Position numbers and translations under genes: made by a program | NCBI GenBank assembly: GCA_947626915.1 | Contig: CANQUA010000008.1 | Location: 135-64,134, forward strand | From: an uncultured Lachnospiraceae bacterium | GTDB lineage: Bacteria > Bacillota > Clostridia > Lachnospirales > Lachnospiraceae | DNA length: 64,000 nt | Direction: 5' to 3' | Notes under the pieces: model-generated | What the model was told of the DNA's origin: nothing | The model's database searches: none | The model's input: only the letters and a program-made list of their open reading frames with translations | Shown here: one piece after another, positions 48,803-58,754 of the stretch | How the letters are laid out: each line of letters opens with the position of its first letter | How positions within the stretch are numbered: the stretch's first letter is position 1

Positions 48803-48805
48803 CGC

Positions 48806-51643
48806 TTACTCTCCTTTCCGGGCTTCCAGCTGCGCCTGCTTGCGCAGAAGCTCCTCGTCCACCGCGTTCATCCAATAATGCAACGTATCCCTGGCGTTCT
48901 CTCCGTTGTAGTAGACCTGGCGGAACGCGTTGTCCACGTTGCGGGATACATAGTAGCCGCCCGGGATCTCCGGAACTTCCACCACGTTGTTCCACTGCTC
49001 CAGCAGAAGCTCTTTCTCCTCGTCGGTCCAGTAGCTGTTCTTAAACGCTTCCAGGTTCGCCGGAGTATGGCGTCCCAGCGTGCTCAGCTCCGCCTCGATC
49101 TCGGCCGAATACATCTGCTGCGTTTCCGCGCTGCTCCACCATTTTACGAACTCCCAGGCCGCGTCCTTGTCCTCGCAGTTTTTAAGGATAATGCTGCAGG
49201 TGCCGCTGGCGCTGGTGGCGCGGTTCAGATTGCCGTTTGCGTCCGGCGTTCCGGGAATCGGGGTCATGATCCACTGTCCCGCAATCTCCGGCGCTGCCTC
49301 CGAAAGGTTGTTGTATAAACCGTAGGTCGAAATAATAATCGGCATTTCGCCTGTACGGAATCGGTTGAAATCGTCCTTATACAGTTCGAAATCATACTGT
49401 ACGTAGAAATTCACCCACTGCTCAAACGCTTCAAACGCCTCGGAATCCTTCAGGCTCGTCACCGTTCCTTCTTCCGTATCCCGGTAGATCGGAATGTTTC
49501 TCTGGGCCAGAAGCGTCGGCAGCAGATTGATGGTGCCGATACCGTTGTTCATGGTCGCGTAGCCGTCAGTATAAGGAAGACCGATGGACAGACTGTTGGA
49601 CTGCAGAATCGGAAGCAGCGCCATCAGTTCATCCCAGGTATTGGGAACCTCGATGCCCAGGTCCTCAAACACGTCCGTCCGCACGTACATGACGTAGAAC
49701 TCCTGGGTCTCCGGGATCGCGTAGGTGGAACCGTCATATTCATACGGAACGAACGCGCTGCCGGAATACTCCGTGCGGAGCGAATCGAAGCCCTCCATCT
49801 CATTCACGGGCGTCACAGCGCCGCGGAACGCCAGGTTCATGGCCTCGCCTCTGGACGTGAAGATGTTCACATCAGGTCCCTGGCCCGCCAGAGTCGCTTT
49901 CACCAGCGCGCCCTCCACCAGACTGATGTTGACGCCGATGCCGCTCTGGGGCGTGAAATAAACGTCGATCAGACGCTTCATAACATTGGCCTGATCACGG
50001 CCCTTGCCCATCCAGATCGTAAGCGCCCGGGTCTGGCCGCCGTCGGAGGAGGACATTTCATTGTAAGAGTGGGAGAAGGAACCCACAAAGGTCCGGATCT
50101 CATGTCCGATCCGTCCCAAAAATCCGCTCTCCGCCTTCGGGTTCTCCGCCCCAGCCCCGGTCAGGTACAGATAGTCGATCTGCAGGGACTGCTCTTCAAA
50201 TTCCAGGATCCACTCTGCCAGCGCCTCGATGTTCGTCTTAAATACCGACAGACGGTTGGCGATGGTATAGGGTTTATCCAAAAATGACACAATCTGCGTT
50301 TCCATCTGGGACAGGATACGGGAGGAATAGCAGCCCTCTCCATACCGGGATTCCAGATATTCTATGTAGCCGCGGATCTCATCCAGGCTCTTCTGCAGCT
50401 TCTGGGACAGATCCGGGATCGCCGTCTCCAGCGCGTAATCGCGGTAGATATCCGGCGACGTACCGGTGATCATGATGATCTCCCGGTAAAGAGAGTTGAC
50501 ATCATAGAGCGTCGCTTCCATCTGCGTCGCTACCTGCCTGGCCGCTCCCATGACAACCTCCAGACGCAGGTCGTGGGTGCCGGCTGTCAGATAAAAACGA
50601 TACGGGTCCTCCCCCCCGCCCAGGAAGCGGGTCTGCCAGTCCACGTCATAGTCGAAGGAAAGCTCTTTCGCTTCCTCGAACGGAACGGTCCCGTCGATCT
50701 CCAGGCGACGCAGGCTGCTCTGCCCTTTGTTCTCGTTCTGCCGGTAGCGAAGGCCCAGCTGATAGAAGCCGTCCTGCGGGACCTCTACCTGCCATTCGAT
50801 CCACTGGCCGCTGTCGGACCAGTTGCTGCCTCCCACCGTATTGTAGCGGAGGCAGGTCGAATGATAGGGCAGCGTGTAGGGACTGGACCGGTCGTAAATC
50901 GCGTACAGCTGCGAGGATGATTTTAACGCCGGCGTCTCGCCCTCGATCTGCAGGTAATAATCTCCGCCTGCATCCGCGCCGCTGTGGGCCGCCAGATATT
51001 CACTGTAGGACGGAAGCTGCTCCCTGTAGCACCTCACATAGCTTAAAATGACCGGCTGACCGTTGCTGGCCAGCGAAAGGCTGTGCTCTCCCGCTTCCAG
51101 CGTGACCGAGATGCGGTCCTTTTTGCCCAGACGGAACGGTTCCTCCATCCAGATGCACGTCTCAGACTGCGACGGCCGGACCTCGTCTCCCGCTGCCGTT
51201 CTCTCGAAGATCCCGGAGTCGGTCCAGATCCTGGTCAGCGTCACCGCGGCTTCGGAATCCACCGCTTTCTGCCCGTCGATCAGAACCTCAAATTCCAGCT
51301 CCTGGCCGTTCCCTTCCGGGGCCATATAACCGGCTCCCAGATAGTACTCGCCGCTCTCGTCGATCCGGAACATCCACTCTGCGCTCCCGGAACCTTTTTC
51401 CAGGACGATGGAGCCGTCATCTCCCACGCCGGCTTCCGCCGCGGTCTGTGTATATACCGCGTCTTTTGCCGCCAGAAAGAGACCGCCCGGATCCTTGTAC
51501 CGGTTCCCCTCCAGAATCCTGGAGGCGCTGTCGCGGTTAAAATCCTCTCCATGCGGGGCCAGCAACGCGCCGATTATGACGATTACCAGCGCCGCCGCAA
51601 GCAGGATTGCCGCGGTCAGCTTGATTTTTTGCTTTTTCTCCAT
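48806..51643 (-). CDS. Large (945 aa) extracellular solute-binding protein with N-terminal beta-sandwich/CBM-like domains
   Basis: N-terminal TM, NTVGGSNW...QWIEW module, C-terminal SBP (YAIPET, AAWEFVKWW). Confidence 0.85.
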   Translation of the reverse strand: MEKKQKIKLTAAILLAAALVIVIIGALLAPHGEDFNRDSASRILEGNRYKDPGGLFLAAKDAVYTQTAAEAGVGDDGSIVLEKGSGSAEWMFRIDESGEYYLGAGYMAPEGNGQELEFEVLIDGQKAVDSEAAVTLTRIWTDSGIFERTAAGDEVRPSQSETCIWMEEPFRLGKKDRISVTLEAGEHSLSLASNGQPVILSYVRCYREQLPSYSEYLAAHSGADAGGDYYLQIEGETPALKSSSQLYAIYDRSSPYTLPYHSTCLRYNTVGGSNWSDSGQWIEWQVEVPQDGFYQLGLRYRQNENKGQSSLRRLEIDGTVPFEEAKELSFDYDVDWQTRFLGGGEDPYRFYLTAGTHDLRLEVVMGAARQVATQMEATLYDVNSLYREIIMITGTSPDIYRDYALETAIPDLSQKLQKSLDEIRGYIEYLESRYGEGCYSSRILSQMETQIVSFLDKPYTIANRLSVFKTNIEALAEWILEFEEQSLQIDYLYLTGAGAENPKAESGFLGRIGHEIRTFVGSFSHSYNEMSSSDGGQTRALTIWMGKGRDQANVMKRLIDVYFTPQSGIGVNISLVEGALVKATLAGQGPDVNIFTSRGEAMNLAFRGAVTPVNEMEGFDSLRTEYSGSAFVPYEYDGSTYAIPETQEFYVMYVRTDVFEDLGIEVPNTWDELMALLPILQSNSLSIGLPYTDGYATMNNGIGTINLLPTLLAQRNIPIYRDTEEGTVTSLKDSEAFEAFEQWVNFYVQYDFELYKDDFNRFRTGEMPIIISTYGLYNNLSEAAPEIAGQWIMTPIPGTPDANGNLNRATSASGTCSIILKNCEDKDAAWEFVKWWSSAETQQMYSAEIEAELSTLGRHTPANLEAFKNSYWTDEEKELLLEQWNNVVEVPEIPGGYYVSRNVDNAFRQVYYNGENARDTLHYWMNAVDEELLRKQAQLEARKGE

Positions 51644-51847
51644 ATTATCAGCCCTCCTGAGCCTTTTCTTATGTTAGATTCATTATACTATCATTTTACA
51701 TTTTTGCAATATGTATTTTATCTACAAATGATTTTTGTAAATTATGTAAAATTTTTATTGATATTTTTGTTAATAATATCCAATAAATCCGGGTTGTATT
51801 AAGCAGTATTGCCTATTATCTCCCTTTATCGCCTTCCAAAAACGCAT

Positions 51848-51943
51848 TTTACATTTTTAAATGTAAATTTACATTATCCCATATTATTTTACATTTGATT
51901 GAACCATGCTTTTACATTTACACGAGTCAGCTTTTACATTTAC
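51848..51943. promoter_or_regulatory. Phased TTTACATT array including perfect palindrome AATGTAAATTTACATT
   Basis: Copies at 51848, 51868, 51888, 51911, 51933; palindrome at 51860-51875. Confidence 0.65.
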
Positions 51944-52172
51944 GTTTCCACGCTTCCTTTTCCGCCGGCTTCTCCGCCCTGTAAAATCCCGAGCCAAAAA
52001 CTCCAAAAAGGGACTGCGGGAAACAGGGCTTTCAGCCCTATTTCTCACAATCCCTCGTATTCTAAAGCAGCAGTGTCTATAGAACATCTCCAAGGTCTGT
52101 ATTTCAGACTTGACTTTTAATCAGCTCGCCTTTTATAAGGAACTTTTTCAGAGGAACATCTTTCCCTCCGTC

Positions 52173-52219
52173 AAAAAAGGAACGCCTCCCGCCGCACATT
52201 CCCCGGCAGGGGGCGTTCC
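52173..52219 (-). terminator. Intrinsic terminator
   Basis: GGAACGCC..CGCCG / CGGCA..GGCGTTCC stem with A6 on the plus strand. Confidence 0.7.
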
Positions 52220-52305
52220 CGTTTCAGCATTTCTTCACAACCGTTTCTTCACGGCCGCCCAGGACCGGCGGCCTCCCAAACGTCGGGGACACGGTCCGCC
52301 GCGGA

Positions 52306-53325
52306 TCAGACCCCGGCGCGTTTTCTGCTGCTTGCATAGAATCCGCCGATCGCCAGCAGGAACGCTCCCGCCAGCCAGAGCGCGCCGCCGTCGCCCGTCT
52401 TCGGATTCGAGGCCATGCCGGCCGCAGCCTCTCCCGCCGCAGCCTGGGTTCCCGCATCAGCTGCCCCCGCGTCAGCTGCTTCCGTCTCAGCTGCTCCCGC
52501 GTCAGCCGCTTCCGTCTCAGCTGCTCCCTCATCAGCCGCTCCCGCATTCAGGAACGCCCCGAGAGATTCCTTCTGGGCATCGGTGAGGACGCCGAGCTGG
52601 ATCCCGTCCGCCGAATACTCGATCTCCGTCATCTGACGGACGCCGTCAAAGCCGTAGACCAGGATGCCGTTGTTGATGCAGGGATGCGCCGCGTCGTCAA
52701 ACACGACCACGCAGTAGGATTCGCCCTGCTCATAGGTCGTCTCCTTGAGCACCATGGGAACGTCGTTCCGGATGATGCCGTAGGTGGCGCTCTTGCTGTT
52801 CTTTAAATTGAAATTCGTCGTGCTTTCGCCTTCATTGGTACCGTCGAAATAAACGATGCGGACCGATTCCGGAATGTTCCAGAAATCGCGCAGGTCCTGA
52901 TCGGTCAGCGCCGGGGCCTTCTCCACATTGTCAGCGGTGATGACCCAGACCACAGCGACCTCGCCGGGCGCCATGATGAATTCATCGGGATTGGACGGCA
53001 TTACATCCAGCGTGTAGTTGGTCTCGTCCCGGAAGTCGCCTGCCTTGAACGGCGTGTAGCGCGTCACCGTGCCGAAGGTCTTGTGCGTGTCCGGATTTCC
53101 GTTGTAGAACACGGTGTAATCGTAAAGATTCAGCTCCTTGCCGGAGGTATTGACGATCTCAAAGGCTTCGACGGGATCCCCGCCGCCCGGCCAGTCCGGA
53201 TTCGGAGAAATCTTGGTAATCACGATCTCCGGGCGGAAAGCGCCCTCTTCCTCGGCGCTCGCCGTCATCATGAAAAGCGAAGAAAACAGTACGACTGTCA
53301 GAACCATAGATAAAAATCTACGCAT
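52306..53325 (-). CDS. Cell-surface protein (lamin-tail-like N-terminus, Ala/Glu repeats, NPKTG sorting signal)
   Basis: Signal peptide, IVITKISPN..EAFEIVNTS, DAGAAETEAA repeats, NPKTG then TM and RKR tail. Confidence 0.75.
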   Translation of the reverse strand: MRRFLSMVLTVVLFSSLFMMTASAEEEGAFRPEIVITKISPNPDWPGGGDPVEAFEIVNTSGKELNLYDYTVFYNGNPDTHKTFGTVTRYTPFKAGDFRDETNYTLDVMPSNPDEFIMAPGEVAVVWVITADNVEKAPALTDQDLRDFWNIPESVRIVYFDGTNEGESTTNFNLKNSKSATYGIIRNDVPMVLKETTYEQGESYCVVVFDDAAHPCINNGILVYGFDGVRQMTEIEYSADGIQLGVLTDAQKESLGAFLNAGAADEGAAETEAADAGAAETEAADAGAADAGTQAAAGEAAAGMASNPKTGDGGALWLAGAFLLAIGGFYASSRKRAGV

Positions 53326-53400
53326 AATTTCCCATTCCTTTCTTTGGTTTTGCTTGTTTATAAATCGCTGCCCTGGTTCTCCCGGCGTTTCGCAGCCCGT

Positions 53401-54534
53401 TCAGTTCATCCAGCTGTCAAACTGGTCGATCACCTCATAATTGCCCTGATCGTCCAGGATCACCTTAATGATCCCGTCTACCAGCGTAAAATGATACTCT
53501 CCGCCCTCTTTCAGGTACCGGTTATACGCGTCCATACTGACCATTTCGTCTCCCATGGCGGCTACGATGCGGGGATGCACGGTCCGGATCCATTTGTTGC
53601 TGTTGGAGGTATCCTTGCCGTGATGATTGGCTTTCGCCAGATCCACGGCCAGCTCCTCTCCGTACAGCTCGACATATTCTCTTTCCTGGCTCGTATAGAG
53701 ATCTCCGCCGAACAGAGCCGTCGTCTCCCCGAAATGGAACTTCATAAGCACAGAATGATCGTTCAGAAACTGCGTGCTGCTCTGCGGGAATCCCTCCGGA
53801 TATTCGATCTCTTCCTCCGGTCCCAGGATCTCGATCTGCATCTGCTCGCCGAAATCGATCACATCTCCCGTCTTTACCTGCGTAACCGGGATCCCTGCCT
53901 TCTCCAGCGCATTGATGTAGTTATTAAATGTCTGCGTCGTATAATCCACATACGAGCGGTAAGCCATCCCTACCGGGAACTTCTCCACGACGGCCGGGAT
54001 CCCGCCGATATGATCGATATGCGGATGGGACGCCACCAGATAATCGATGGTTTCAATCCCCAGATCCTCCAGCACCTGGATCACCATATCCGCGGCGTCC
54101 GGGTGGCCTGCGTCCAGAAGCATCACCTTGCCGTCCGGGGAGATCAGGATTGTGGAGTCGCCGGATTTGTCCGTTGCGTCCGGTCCCACCTCCAGATCCA
54201 GAAAATACACGACGAACTTTCCGTCGTCCCCGCTGCGGTCGATGATCTCCTCATAACGGTCGACCGCGGCTTCCGTCTCCGCGGCCGTTGCCTCCTCCGC
54301 CTCCGTCTCTGCGGCCGTCGTCTCCGCAGCTTCGGTCTGCGCGGCTGTCGCCGCCTCCTGGGTCGTCTCTGCCGGAACCGTCTCCGGGGCCGCAGTCGTC
54401 TCCGCCGGAGCCGCGGTAGTCTGCGCAGTCGCCGCAGCCGGGGTCTGCCCGCCCTTTCCGGCGCAGGCCGTCAGGATCGCCGCCAGCAGAAGCCATGCTG
54501 TCAGCAGACGGAACTGTTTCTTTCTCTTCATCAA
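53401..54534 (-). CDS. ComEC/Pce-like metallo-beta-lactamase-fold hydrolase lipoprotein
   Basis: LTAC lipobox, SHPHIDHIGG, FGGD, KANHHG. Confidence 0.85.
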   Translation of the reverse strand: MMKRKKQFRLLTAWLLLAAILTACAGKGGQTPAAATAQTTAAPAETTAAPETVPAETTQEAATAAQTEAAETTAAETEAEEATAAETEAAVDRYEEIIDRSGDDGKFVVYFLDLEVGPDATDKSGDSTILISPDGKVMLLDAGHPDAADMVIQVLEDLGIETIDYLVASHPHIDHIGGIPAVVEKFPVGMAYRSYVDYTTQTFNNYINALEKAGIPVTQVKTGDVIDFGEQMQIEILGPEEEIEYPEGFPQSSTQFLNDHSVLMKFHFGETTALFGGDLYTSQEREYVELYGEELAVDLAKANHHGKDTSNSNKWIRTVHPRIVAAMGDEMVSMDAYNRYLKEGGEYHFTLVDGIIKVILDDQGNYEVIDQFDSWMN

Positions 54535-55283
54535 TCCTCAACCCTTCCCTTGTAATCCAGCCAGACCTTACATACTTCGGGATAATTGGTGATCACCCCG
54601 TCGCAGTCCCAGGCAAGCGCCTGCTCCAGCTCCGACATCTGATTCACGGTCCAGACATTGATCCCCACGCCGTATTCCTTGCAGTTTGCTACGATCTCGT
54701 CCGTCAGGCCGCCGAACCCCGGATGGTAATACTCAAACCCGTACCTGCTGCAGTAATAACCTGCGTTTCCGATCCCTTTGCTGCCGATCAGGGCGCCGCA
54801 GGGAATCTCCGGGGCCAGTTCCTTCGCTTTCAGCAGCGACACATGGTTGAACGAAGAAAACATCGTCTGCTTTTCGAGGCCGAACGCCCGGATGATTTCG
54901 ATGGTGCTTTTTTCCAGCTCTTCATAATAATAATTGCCTGTTTTTAATTCAATGTTCGTACAGATTCCTTCCGCGGACGCCCACCGGCAGTATTCCTCAA
55001 ACGTCGGGATATGCTCCGCGCAGGCGATTCCCGGAAACAGTGCGGACGCGTTCAGTTTTTTCAGTTCTTCATAGGTAAAATCCCTCACGTTCCCGCTTCC
55101 GTCCGTCGTGCGGTCTGTTTTCTCGTCGTGAATGACTACCACTACGCCGTCTTTGGTCTTCTGCACGTCCAGTTCCATCCACCGGCACCCGGTTTCCGCG
55201 GCCTTCTGAAATGCCAGCATCGTATTCTCCGGATATCTGCCGCTGTATCCTCTGTGAGCCATCACTACCATTTTTTCTACCAC
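54531..55283 (-). CDS. Glycerophosphodiester phosphodiesterase
   Basis: AHRGYSGRYPENT, ELDVQ, IHD, NIELK, WTVN. Confidence 0.93.
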   Translation of the reverse strand: MVEKMVVMAHRGYSGRYPENTMLAFQKAAETGCRWMELDVQKTKDGVVVVIHDEKTDRTTDGSGNVRDFTYEELKKLNASALFPGIACAEHIPTFEEYCRWASAEGICTNIELKTGNYYYEELEKSTIEIIRAFGLEKQTMFSSFNHVSLLKAKELAPEIPCGALIGSKGIGNAGYYCSRYGFEYYHPGFGGLTDEIVANCKEYGVGINVWTVNQMSELEQALAWDCDGVITNYPEVCKVWLDYKGRVED

Positions 55284-55341
55284 TCTCTCTTTCTGAATTT
55301 CCCGCCCGCAGGCCGGACGCCCCGGACGGGTGGCGCGGCCG

Positions 55342-56229
55342 TTACTTCATCGCCGCTTTGGAATACCCGGTCAGCATGTACTTCTGGAAAATGAAGAACA
55401 AAATCACCACCGGCAGGATCGCAACCACCGCGCCTGCCATGATCTCATGGTTGTTCATCGTGCCCTGGCCCGCGAACGTATTCTTCAGCATGGCCAGTCC
55501 GATCGTCAGCACGCGCCGTTTCTCGTTCTTGGCGATGATCTTGGGCCAGAAGTAACTGTTCCAGCCGTTGGTAAACGTCACCAGCGTGACCGTGAACAGG
55601 GTCGAGCGGCACATGGGCGCCAGGATCTTGGTGATGATGCCGACCCGCCCCAGCCCGTCCACCTTGGCCGCGTCCACATAGCTGTCGTCGATCGCCTTAA
55701 AGGTCTGGCGCAGCATGAAGATGTAGTAAGGCGAAACCAGCGACGGCAGGATCAGTCCCAAAAACGTATCGGACAGGCCCCAGTTGGCGCACATGATGTA
55801 GATCGGGATAAACGTAACCTGGCTGGGGATCATCAGCGCGCCGAGAACGAAGATAAAGCAGGCGTTCTGTCCTTTAAACGCGCCTTTCGAAAATCCGTAA
55901 GCCCCGAAAATACCCGTAACGATCTGGGAGACCAGGATTCCCACCGTCATCACGATAGTATTATAATAATATTTTGCAAAATTGCCTCTCCGGAACACGC
56001 TGATATAGTTCTCCGGATGGAATTCCTTCGGCCACAGGGTCGGAATCGGCAAAAGGATCTCTTCCTGTGACTTGAACGAGGAACTGATCATCCAGTAAAG
56101 CGGGAACAGGATGATTACCGTGACCGTGACCGCAAGCACATACTGGACGATCATCACGATCTTCTTTTTCCGCCTGGCGTTCCGATCCCGCTCCAGACGG
56201 GCTTCTCTCGCAGTTTTTGCTTTTGCCAT
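55342..56229 (-). CDS. ABC permease (UgpE-like)
   Basis: YVDAAKVDG EAA motif. Confidence 0.9.
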   Translation of the reverse strand: MAKAKTAREARLERDRNARRKKKIVMIVQYVLAVTVTVIILFPLYWMISSSFKSQEEILLPIPTLWPKEFHPENYISVFRRGNFAKYYYNTIVMTVGILVSQIVTGIFGAYGFSKGAFKGQNACFIFVLGALMIPSQVTFIPIYIMCANWGLSDTFLGLILPSLVSPYYIFMLRQTFKAIDDSYVDAAKVDGLGRVGIITKILAPMCRSTLFTVTLVTFTNGWNSYFWPKIIAKNEKRRVLTIGLAMLKNTFAGQGTMNNHEIMAGAVVAILPVVILFFIFQKYMLTGYSKAAMK

Positions 56230-56244
56230 ACTCTCCCCCCATCT

Positions 56245-57153
56245 CTATGAATCGTAGTGAACGTTTTTATTGGAAACCTTAAACGTAGACGCAGTCACGA
56301 CCAAAAGCAGGATAAAGAACGCGATCGCCATGACCGAAGCCCTGTCCATACGGAAGTCCACCATCGCGTACGAATAAATCTTATACACGAACACCTCGGT
56401 AGAACGGTACGGGCCGCCGCCTGTCAGAATATCAACAGACTGGAACACTTTCATGGATGAGAGGAACGTGGTGACGAACAAAAACAGCGTCGTCGGGGAA
56501 AGCATCGGCAGCGTGATCTTGAAGAACCGCTGGGCGGCGGAAGCTCCGTCCAGCGCGGCCGCTTCATAATAATCGCTGGAAATGCTGATCATAGCCGACA
56601 GGTAGATCATCATGCCGTAACCCACGGCCCTCCAGCCGGTCAGCAGCAGAACGGAAATCATCGCGGTGCCGCGGCTGCCGATCCAGTCTACGGCCGGAAG
56701 CCCAACCAGGCTGAACAGATAATTGACGATGCCGTGTTCCTTGTCCAGGATCCACAAAAAAACCACGGCCGCCGACGACATGGCCACGTATTTCGGCACG
56801 AAGACGACGGCCCTCATGATGGAAAACGCCCGGTTGAAGCGGTTGAAGATCAGCGCCAGCGCCATGCCGCCGATCAGCGTGATGCTCAGCTCGCCGACCG
56901 TATAGATCGCCGTCACTTTCAGAGAGTTCAGCAGGTACTTGGTGCCGGAACCGTTGAACAGCCAGATCCAGTTCTTCAGCCCGACATACTTCCAGGTCTC
57001 GTTGATCAGGTTCCAGTCGGTGAAGCTGATCTGCACCAGCTTGCAGATCGGGTAATAGGTAAACACAACCAGAAAGATCAGCGCCGGCACTACGCAGACA
57101 AAATCTTTGACCGCCGACATTGTTCTGGGTTTAATCAGAGGTTTTTTCTCCAC
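56245..57153 (-). CDS. ABC permease (UgpA-like)
   Basis: YYEAAALDGA, ITLPMLSPT. Confidence 0.9.
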   Translation of the reverse strand: MEKKPLIKPRTMSAVKDFVCVVPALIFLVVFTYYPICKLVQISFTDWNLINETWKYVGLKNWIWLFNGSGTKYLLNSLKVTAIYTVGELSITLIGGMALALIFNRFNRAFSIMRAVVFVPKYVAMSSAAVVFLWILDKEHGIVNYLFSLVGLPAVDWIGSRGTAMISVLLLTGWRAVGYGMMIYLSAMISISSDYYEAAALDGASAAQRFFKITLPMLSPTTLFLFVTTFLSSMKVFQSVDILTGGGPYRSTEVFVYKIYSYAMVDFRMDRASVMAIAFFILLLVVTASTFKVSNKNVHYDS

Positions 57154-57298
57154 GTATTTTCCTCCTTATTTTAATGCGGTCTTTGTTTCGGACGCGCGGC
57201 CGGCAGAAAGCCGGACAGGCTCCCTGCGCCGCGTCGCCTTTAGAAAGACGCCTCCGGCTGAAAAACGCCGGAGGCTTTCGGTTGCTGCCATCAGGCCC

Positions 57299-58726
57299 TT
57301 ATGAATCCTCCAGAACCTCGTTGATCTCTTCCACCATATCCTCGATCTTGCTCTCGATGTCCACGTCCTCGATCATGATCTCAGACATGTAGCTCTTCCA
57401 GATGGAGGTCATCTGCGACCAGCCCGGATGCTGGATCTTCGGATAAATGATGTCCAGGTTCTTAAAGATGTTTTCAAATTCCGGCTTTCTCTCCAGGAAT
57501 TTCACGCCCTCGTCGGTCTTCAGCACGGAGTTTCTGGTGGGCAGATAGCCGGTCTCGTCGGCCCATTTCATGTTCACGTCCTTGCCGCAGAGGAACATTA
57601 AGAACTGCCATGCCGCGTTCTTCGTCGCCTGATCGTTCTTGGACGGGATGATCAGAAGGCTGCCGCCGATCTCCTGGTTCTTCGTGTCGCCGCCCGGGAG
57701 CCACGCCATGCCGACCTCGAAATCGCAGCGGTCCACATAGGTGTCATACAGAGACGTGGTATGGAACACGGAGAACGCTTCCTTATCGATGAAATGCTGT
57801 CTCATGATCGAGGAGGCGTTGGTGCCGCTGGCCCAGTAGATATAGCCCTTCTCGCACCATTCTTTGATCTTCTTCACGATCTCGATGCCTTTTTCGCTGC
57901 CGAGATCCGTGCTGATCTGGTCGTCGTTGACCAGCTTCAGGCCCTGGTTCTGGAACAGCGTCTCGAAATAGTTGTTGTCCCAGCCGGGAATGATGGCGCC
58001 GTACCGCTTGGTGGTGCCGTCTGCGTTGAACTCCGTCGTCGCTTCCAGGAACGCGTCCATGTCCTCAAATTTCTCCGGGACCGTCACGTTCAGCTCTTTC
58101 GCCAGATCCTTGTTATAGTAAACCGTCTGGGTGGAGATCAAAAACGGAAGCGCGAACCGGGTGCCCTGGTAGGTGCAGGCGTCGATCATGCCTTTCGCAA
58201 AATCGTCCACATCATAGCCGCTGTCCGCGATATAGGGCTCCAGGTTCTCCGGCAGCCCGCCTTCCGCGTAAGTAGCCAGGTTCGGTCCGTTGGCCACGGT
58301 GATGGCCGGAAGTCCGGTGCCCGCCGCGTGGGCCGCAACCAGCGCCTCATTGACTGCGGAATAGTTGCCGATATACACCGCTTCTACCGTGATCAGGTCC
58401 TGGGATTTGTTAAATTCATCCACTACATCTGCAACCGTCTGGCTGTACTGATCTTCCAGCGCATGCCACCACTGGATCGTGATCGGCTCCGTTACCGCGT
58501 ACTGGGAAGACGCCGCCGGGGCTTCCGTGGCTGCTGCCGTCGTGTCCGACGATGCCGCCGCTGCCGTCGTGGCCGCCGCGGTCGTGGCTGCTGCCGTTGT
58601 GGCCGCCGCGGTCGTAGCCGCCGCCGTCGTGGTCTTCCCGCCGCCGGTTGAACCGCCGCCGCTGCACCCGCCCAAAAGGGAAACGGCCATCGCGCCTGTC
58701 AGTAAAATGGCTAACGTTTTCTTCAT
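57299..58726 (-). CDS. ABC solute-binding lipoprotein (UgpB-like)
   Basis: LGGC lipobox, WWHAL, YYNKDL, ETGYLPTR; start at MKKTLAI. Confidence 0.88.
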   Translation of the reverse strand: MKKTLAILLTGAMAVSLLGGCSGGGSTGGGKTTTAAATTAAATTAAATTAAATTAAAASSDTTAAATEAPAASSQYAVTEPITIQWWHALEDQYSQTVADVVDEFNKSQDLITVEAVYIGNYSAVNEALVAAHAAGTGLPAITVANGPNLATYAEGGLPENLEPYIADSGYDVDDFAKGMIDACTYQGTRFALPFLISTQTVYYNKDLAKELNVTVPEKFEDMDAFLEATTEFNADGTTKRYGAIIPGWDNNYFETLFQNQGLKLVNDDQISTDLGSEKGIEIVKKIKEWCEKGYIYWASGTNASSIMRQHFIDKEAFSVFHTTSLYDTYVDRCDFEVGMAWLPGGDTKNQEIGGSLLIIPSKNDQATKNAAWQFLMFLCGKDVNMKWADETGYLPTRNSVLKTDEGVKFLERKPEFENIFKNLDIIYPKIQHPGWSQMTSIWKSYMSEIMIEDVDIESKIEDMVEEINEVLEDS

Positions 58727-58754
58727 AAATACTTCTCCTCCTTCTCTGCTACAC

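Noticed and set aside
58540-58630. Thr/Ala-rich repeats in lipoproteins (also about 40490-40570, 54250-54440 and 52430-52540)
   Set aside because: Ordinary flexible linkers of surface proteins in this group
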